From: Lophium mytilinum
Taxonomy: Eukaryota
Length of the DNA: 64,000 bases
Direction of reading: 5' to 3'
Assembly (NCBI GenBank): GCA_010093605.1
Contig: MU004194.1
Location: 658,323 to 722,322 of the forward strand
A program made the position numbers and the translations under genes. Each line of letters starts with the position of its first letter. Positions within the stretch are counted from its first letter, which is position 1. This document shows positions 59,884 to 64,000 of the stretch, piece after piece. Under the pieces are notes generated by a model. That model made no database searches, was not told the origin of the DNA, and saw nothing but the letters and a program-made list of their open reading frames with translations.

Positions 59884-61383
59884 TTAAGGCGGACCATACA
59901 AGCCTTTAGTAGACTCCATCCACATCATGAACCACGGGGACCCCAACTGCCTCTCCTGAGGCCTCGGGCGAAACTTCAGACCTTTCTTGATCTCTTCAGC
60001 ACCAAGTTCCAACGTGTGGACCATAGTCCCGTCCATACAAGGGTAAGACCAGCGTTTTTTCTGGAAAGCTTCCCAATCATACCCACTTATGGGTTGGAGG
60101 TTAAACAAGCTGCCGGTTTCACTAGACCTTAGATTCGACATATGAAGCTTCGTGAGCGCTGGCATGCCCGACAAATGCGAGAAAATCGGTTCCCACGCGC
60201 CTGTGGTGAGGCGCACCTCTCTCAGCTCGAGGTGGTTGATCTTGGGGTGTTTCTCCAGAAAGAGCAGTAGGGATTCAGCTGTCGTGGGCACGCCTCTAAG
60301 GAAGCACTGCTCAAGCGCTGGCAAGTGGACTTCGCTGGCCACTGTATTGAAGATCCGGTCGTAACTCTTCACGGACCCCTGCAAGGTGCTGTAGAGATGC
60401 AGATCAAAGGCCTCGAGATTTGGCATGAGTTGAAGCAACCGCGCGACACCGGGGAAGTTGTCGTCTGCTAAAGCCTCCGGGTCGTCGGGCTTCAGCAATC
60501 CCGCACCCGAGCCGCCGAATGCTTCGTGGTAGACTCTTTCAACGCCTTGGAGACTTTCACGGGCTTCGAGAATCTTCGAAAAGTTGCGTACGACGCGAGT
60601 CGATATGCTGAGGGCTAAGTTTTTAGTGTGGACCCCAGCATTGGCAAAACCGGCGGTTTTAAGAGCAGCTATGTGATCTGTGATCTCCACGGAGGGGATG
60701 CTGCAGCGAAAAGTGTTGCGGTAGAAGGTGAGGGTTTCGACTCTGATCCCGCTCTGCGCAATTGCTAGTGTAGTGGATGTGAAGACCTGGGTTGCGCGTA
60801 CCCAGATGGCATACCACTCTCTGGTGGCCTGTGTACTGACGGACTTCCCTGGTGCCTGGATGACGGAGGCGTCAAGATCGATCAAGTCCAGTTTGCCAAA
60901 GGCGCGAAAAGCTGACCCCAGCATGGAAGTGGTTGAGCCGTCGGACTGGTTGCTCGACTCCTCAATTCGAGCATGGAGCCATTCGAGGTCGGACTTCGCT
61001 TCCTGGAGCTCCTCTTCGGTGCATGCTGGCTCGGTACTGCTCATGAAAGGGCCGTTTCTAGTAGTAATTCGTTTTCGTTTTGTAGCCAATATACGTTCAA
61101 GCTCCGAGGGATCATAGATGACGGCTTGAACTATGACATGCTTTACAGCCCCACCCAATTCTGTATGAGAAGCGATTGCGTTGAGCTTCTCTAAGCTCCC
61201 CTTCGTCAGGTCTGTTGACTGCGTCTTGAAGAAGCTCTTAAAATGTGGCCCTATGCAAGTACTGCTGAGGTCTTTGCAGCTCAGTCGGAGGTTTTTGAGA
61301 GAAGCCAAGTCGAGACCGGAGATGATTCTCTCAACGACCTCAGATGGCAAGCCTAGAAGAGGTGGATTCGACGAAGTCTCCAT
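59884..61383 (-). CDS. F-box-like + LRR/RNI-like hypothetical protein
   Basis: 499-aa intronless ORF. LLGLPSEVVERIISGLDLASLKNLRLSCKDL at the N-terminus, then LxxLxL repeats. Confidence 0.78.
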   Translation of the reverse strand: METSSNPPLLGLPSEVVERIISGLDLASLKNLRLSCKDLSSTCIGPHFKSFFKTQSTDLTKGSLEKLNAIASHTELGGAVKHVIVQAVIYDPSELERILATKRKRITTRNGPFMSSTEPACTEEELQEAKSDLEWLHARIEESSNQSDGSTTSMLGSAFRAFGKLDLIDLDASVIQAPGKSVSTQATREWYAIWVRATQVFTSTTLAIAQSGIRVETLTFYRNTFRCSIPSVEITDHIAALKTAGFANAGVHTKNLALSISTRVVRNFSKILEARESLQGVERVYHEAFGGSGAGLLKPDDPEALADDNFPGVARLLQLMPNLEAFDLHLYSTLQGSVKSYDRIFNTVASEVHLPALEQCFLRGVPTTAESLLLFLEKHPKINHLELREVRLTTGAWEPIFSHLSGMPALTKLHMSNLRSSETGSLFNLQPISGYDWEAFQKKRWSYPCMDGTMVHTLELGAEEIKKGLKFRPRPQERQLGSPWFMMWMESTKGLYGPP

Positions 61384-62310
61384 TGTTATGGACTGGCGCG
61401 GCTTGAATTGCTTGGATACGACGACGATACGAGGAGAAAGTATAAGACAGATATAGAAGTAGTACTTAGACTGAGAGTGGTGGATGGGAATGAGAAGGGC
61501 TGATGCCTGGTAGCACTGCCTCCCAACTAGACTTTAGTTCCTATTCTTAACGCACCTATAGAATAGGCTATTGCTGATTCTGAGTCATACCGAAATCTGC
61601 ATTAGAAAGTAGGAAAGTCGTTTCAAGATGTTTCGTAATGATGTTTGATGGTTAAGGTCGAGCTTCGCAAGACTCAGGATGGATTTGACGTAGGACGAAC
61701 AAAGCAACCCTTGAAACAGCTGGCGGGCGTGGCTCTTTCGCGCCCTAGGCGCTTGTGTAGCTAGCTAAATAATGAAGGAGCTACATGTTAAACAAAGCAG
61801 GTCTCGGCGCATCGAACATGCTCAGGTGTCGAACTTCGAGACGAAATCGGATTGGTTTCTAGAGAGCGCAAACCACGTGACTACAGATGTCCACTCCTCC
61901 TGTTATCACCCTCACTCGTGTGAGGTCTGTGCATGTCATCTTTGTTTTGCATAAGGAGCTTCCGGGATCTTGCAACAGTGTCAATAAAATAGAAGTTCAT
62001 CATATTAAAGAACCTTGGATTCGCTGTGCTCCATTAGGTAGTCGTCGGTAGCTTAGAGAAACCATCTTGAAGCGCTATATTCATTGGTTTGCATAGGTGA
62101 AACGAGCTCAAAGCGTGAATTCTAGAATAGACTTAAATATGACGTAGATGTATCTGCTTAACGAGCCTGATCGAAAGGACTTCTAGTACAATCACTATTT
62201 GATGAGCAATCTAGTAATATTTCACATATCTCTAGTCATGTACGGGTATAGTACAACCACGTCCTCAGCCCCCCAACTATCTATATCTACACATACCCAC
62301 CAGTTCCATC

Positions 62311-64000
62311 TTACTCATCTACATAGCCCAACAGCTCCCCAACCTTCACCTTTTGCCCCTGCTTAATCTTCCAGCTCCACCCCCCGGGCCTGTGACCTTC
62401 AACATATCCTTCATCGAAAGTCGGCCGGCGGCCCTTCGGTGCTTCAAAGACAAGTACAATCGTACTGCCCAGCTGGAAGCCACCCATCTCCTCCCCTCTC
62501 TTCAGCGCATGACCACCAAGGACAGAGCTCGCGTTCTCGTACGTAGCCTCAGAGAACCCAGAATACAGCTCTCCACGTTGCGCCGCCTCCTCGGCAGCTC
62601 TATCAGCCGCTGTGTCTGTATTCAGACTATTTGTACGCAGTTCGCGATCGAAGTTGACCACGATAGAACCGACGTTAGTCGCGCCTACGGGGGTGTAGCT
62701 GAAGAAGCCCCAGCGCCAGCGACCAAGAAGCACAACGCGCTCGTTTAAAGTGAAGAGACCCGGCAGTGTGCGTTGTAGATATGGCGATACGCTGTACAGC
62801 TCCCCGGCGAAGTGGCGGCGGGATTCGACGACCCAGGAGGCCGGGGAGTGGAAACGGTGGTAGTCGCCCGGCGCAAGGTAGATAACGCAGTAATAAAGCG
62901 CGGTGGGATCCTTGGAGGCGGTCGGTGCCCACCAGGAGCGTGAGGCCTCGGAGAGAGCCAGGTCGGCGCGGACTTCGGCTTCGGAGGAGGCACGGGGGGA
63001 TGTCGATTGGTCGACTGGCATCTCTCCGGGTTCGTTGCCTTTAGGTTGGGGGCTGGAGAAGAGATTGGGTAGGGTGTACGAGATGCCGTTTATCTGGGCG
63101 AATTCTTCGTCGGCGCGAATGATCTCTTCATCGCCGGTGCGGGCACGGGAGTCACTAGGCTGGGCCGAGTTCGGGGATGAGGCGATATTTGAGGTTGGTG
63201 CTGAACCATTTGAAGACTTTGGACGAACAGAGCCTAGGAGTGCATCTAGGCTGTACGTTACGCCTTTTACTTGTTCGACTTCGCCATTGTCAATGATGCC
63301 GAATTGGATCACTTTGCCATCGGCTGGTGAGACAATGGCGTTGGGGGAGGGGTCGATGGGCCGAGAGCCAGGTTTTAGGGTACGGTAGAAAAAGGACGCG
63401 AGATTAGGGTAGGTATGGAGGTCAGGTTCGTCGACTTCTGAGAGACTGGACTGGTATTAACACGGTTCGATTGGGTGGAGAGTGTTAGGTAAGGCTTACT
63501 TCACACCAAATATAAAAGAGTAGAGTTTGAAGCCGGGCACGCGAAGGTAGTATGGTATTTTTAGTTCATTGAAGCGACCCCATATCCTCGATAGTGCTTT
63601 CAATGGTAGCGTGGACATTATCTGAACTTGCCTAGAGGCACAATTGTCAGGTTCATGGCTTGCGTAAAGCTGAGGCTGGCGGGACGTACCATGGTCCACT
63701 CGGGCGTATTCTCTCCCTCTTCTTGGGCTTACCTCCATCTGGTCCACTCCCATAGCTACTCCTCTCCTCCTCCTGCCTCCTTTGCTCCCGTTGTTGGACT
63801 CTGTAGAACTGGAAGAGACCAAGGAATCCAATGCCGAGGCCGATTGGTATGGGCTTCCACTCAATCTTGGTAGACTTCAGAGCAGCATTCAGCCGTGACC
63901 GAAACGACTCCTTTTTCTGCTGTTGTTGCTCTTCTAATAGGGGTTTCGTCCAGGCAAAGGTCCTGGAGGGCGCATGGTTGCGGACATGTGCGTTGCGGCG
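62311..64000 (-). CDS. PSD1: Mitochondrial phosphatidylserine decarboxylase proenzyme (5' end outside the window)
   Basis: YLAPGDYHRFHSP, LNERVVLLG, VGATNVGSI and autocleavage motif FQLGST. TM WKPIPIGLGIGFLG. The frame stays open to the window edge. Confidence 0.95.

Overview
Genomic DNA from a filamentous ascomycete (Pezizomycotina), judged from short GT..AG introns with CTRAC branch sites and from the fungal gene families present. It holds about 25 protein-coding loci. Conserved genes include PAN3, a UBX/FAF2-like gene, an App1-type phosphatase and PSD1. Accessory genes include a GH51 arabinofuranosidase, P450, MFS sugar porter, laccase, SDRs, F-box-like proteins and small secreted proteins. 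I recognised no rRNA, tRNA, CRISPR array or intact transposon. The most interesting feature is a head-to-head pair at 34663-37755. One gene is a DUF3328/UstYa-type HxxHC oxidase. The other is a spliced 159-aa secreted repeat protein with four His-His-Lys units, each ending in Cys-Ala(-Arg), with two C-X11-C spacings and no Tyr. This is a candidate fungal RiPP system with an unusual His/Cys core. Other notable items: an SDR pseudogene with two lesions, a 114-bp near-perfect palindrome (MITE or hairpin RNA), a repeat-rich accessory block at 38-42.3 kb, and a hidden RD-repeat/PY-NLS reading frame. All calls come from reading motifs by eye; no database searches were run, and exon boundaries are manual predictions.
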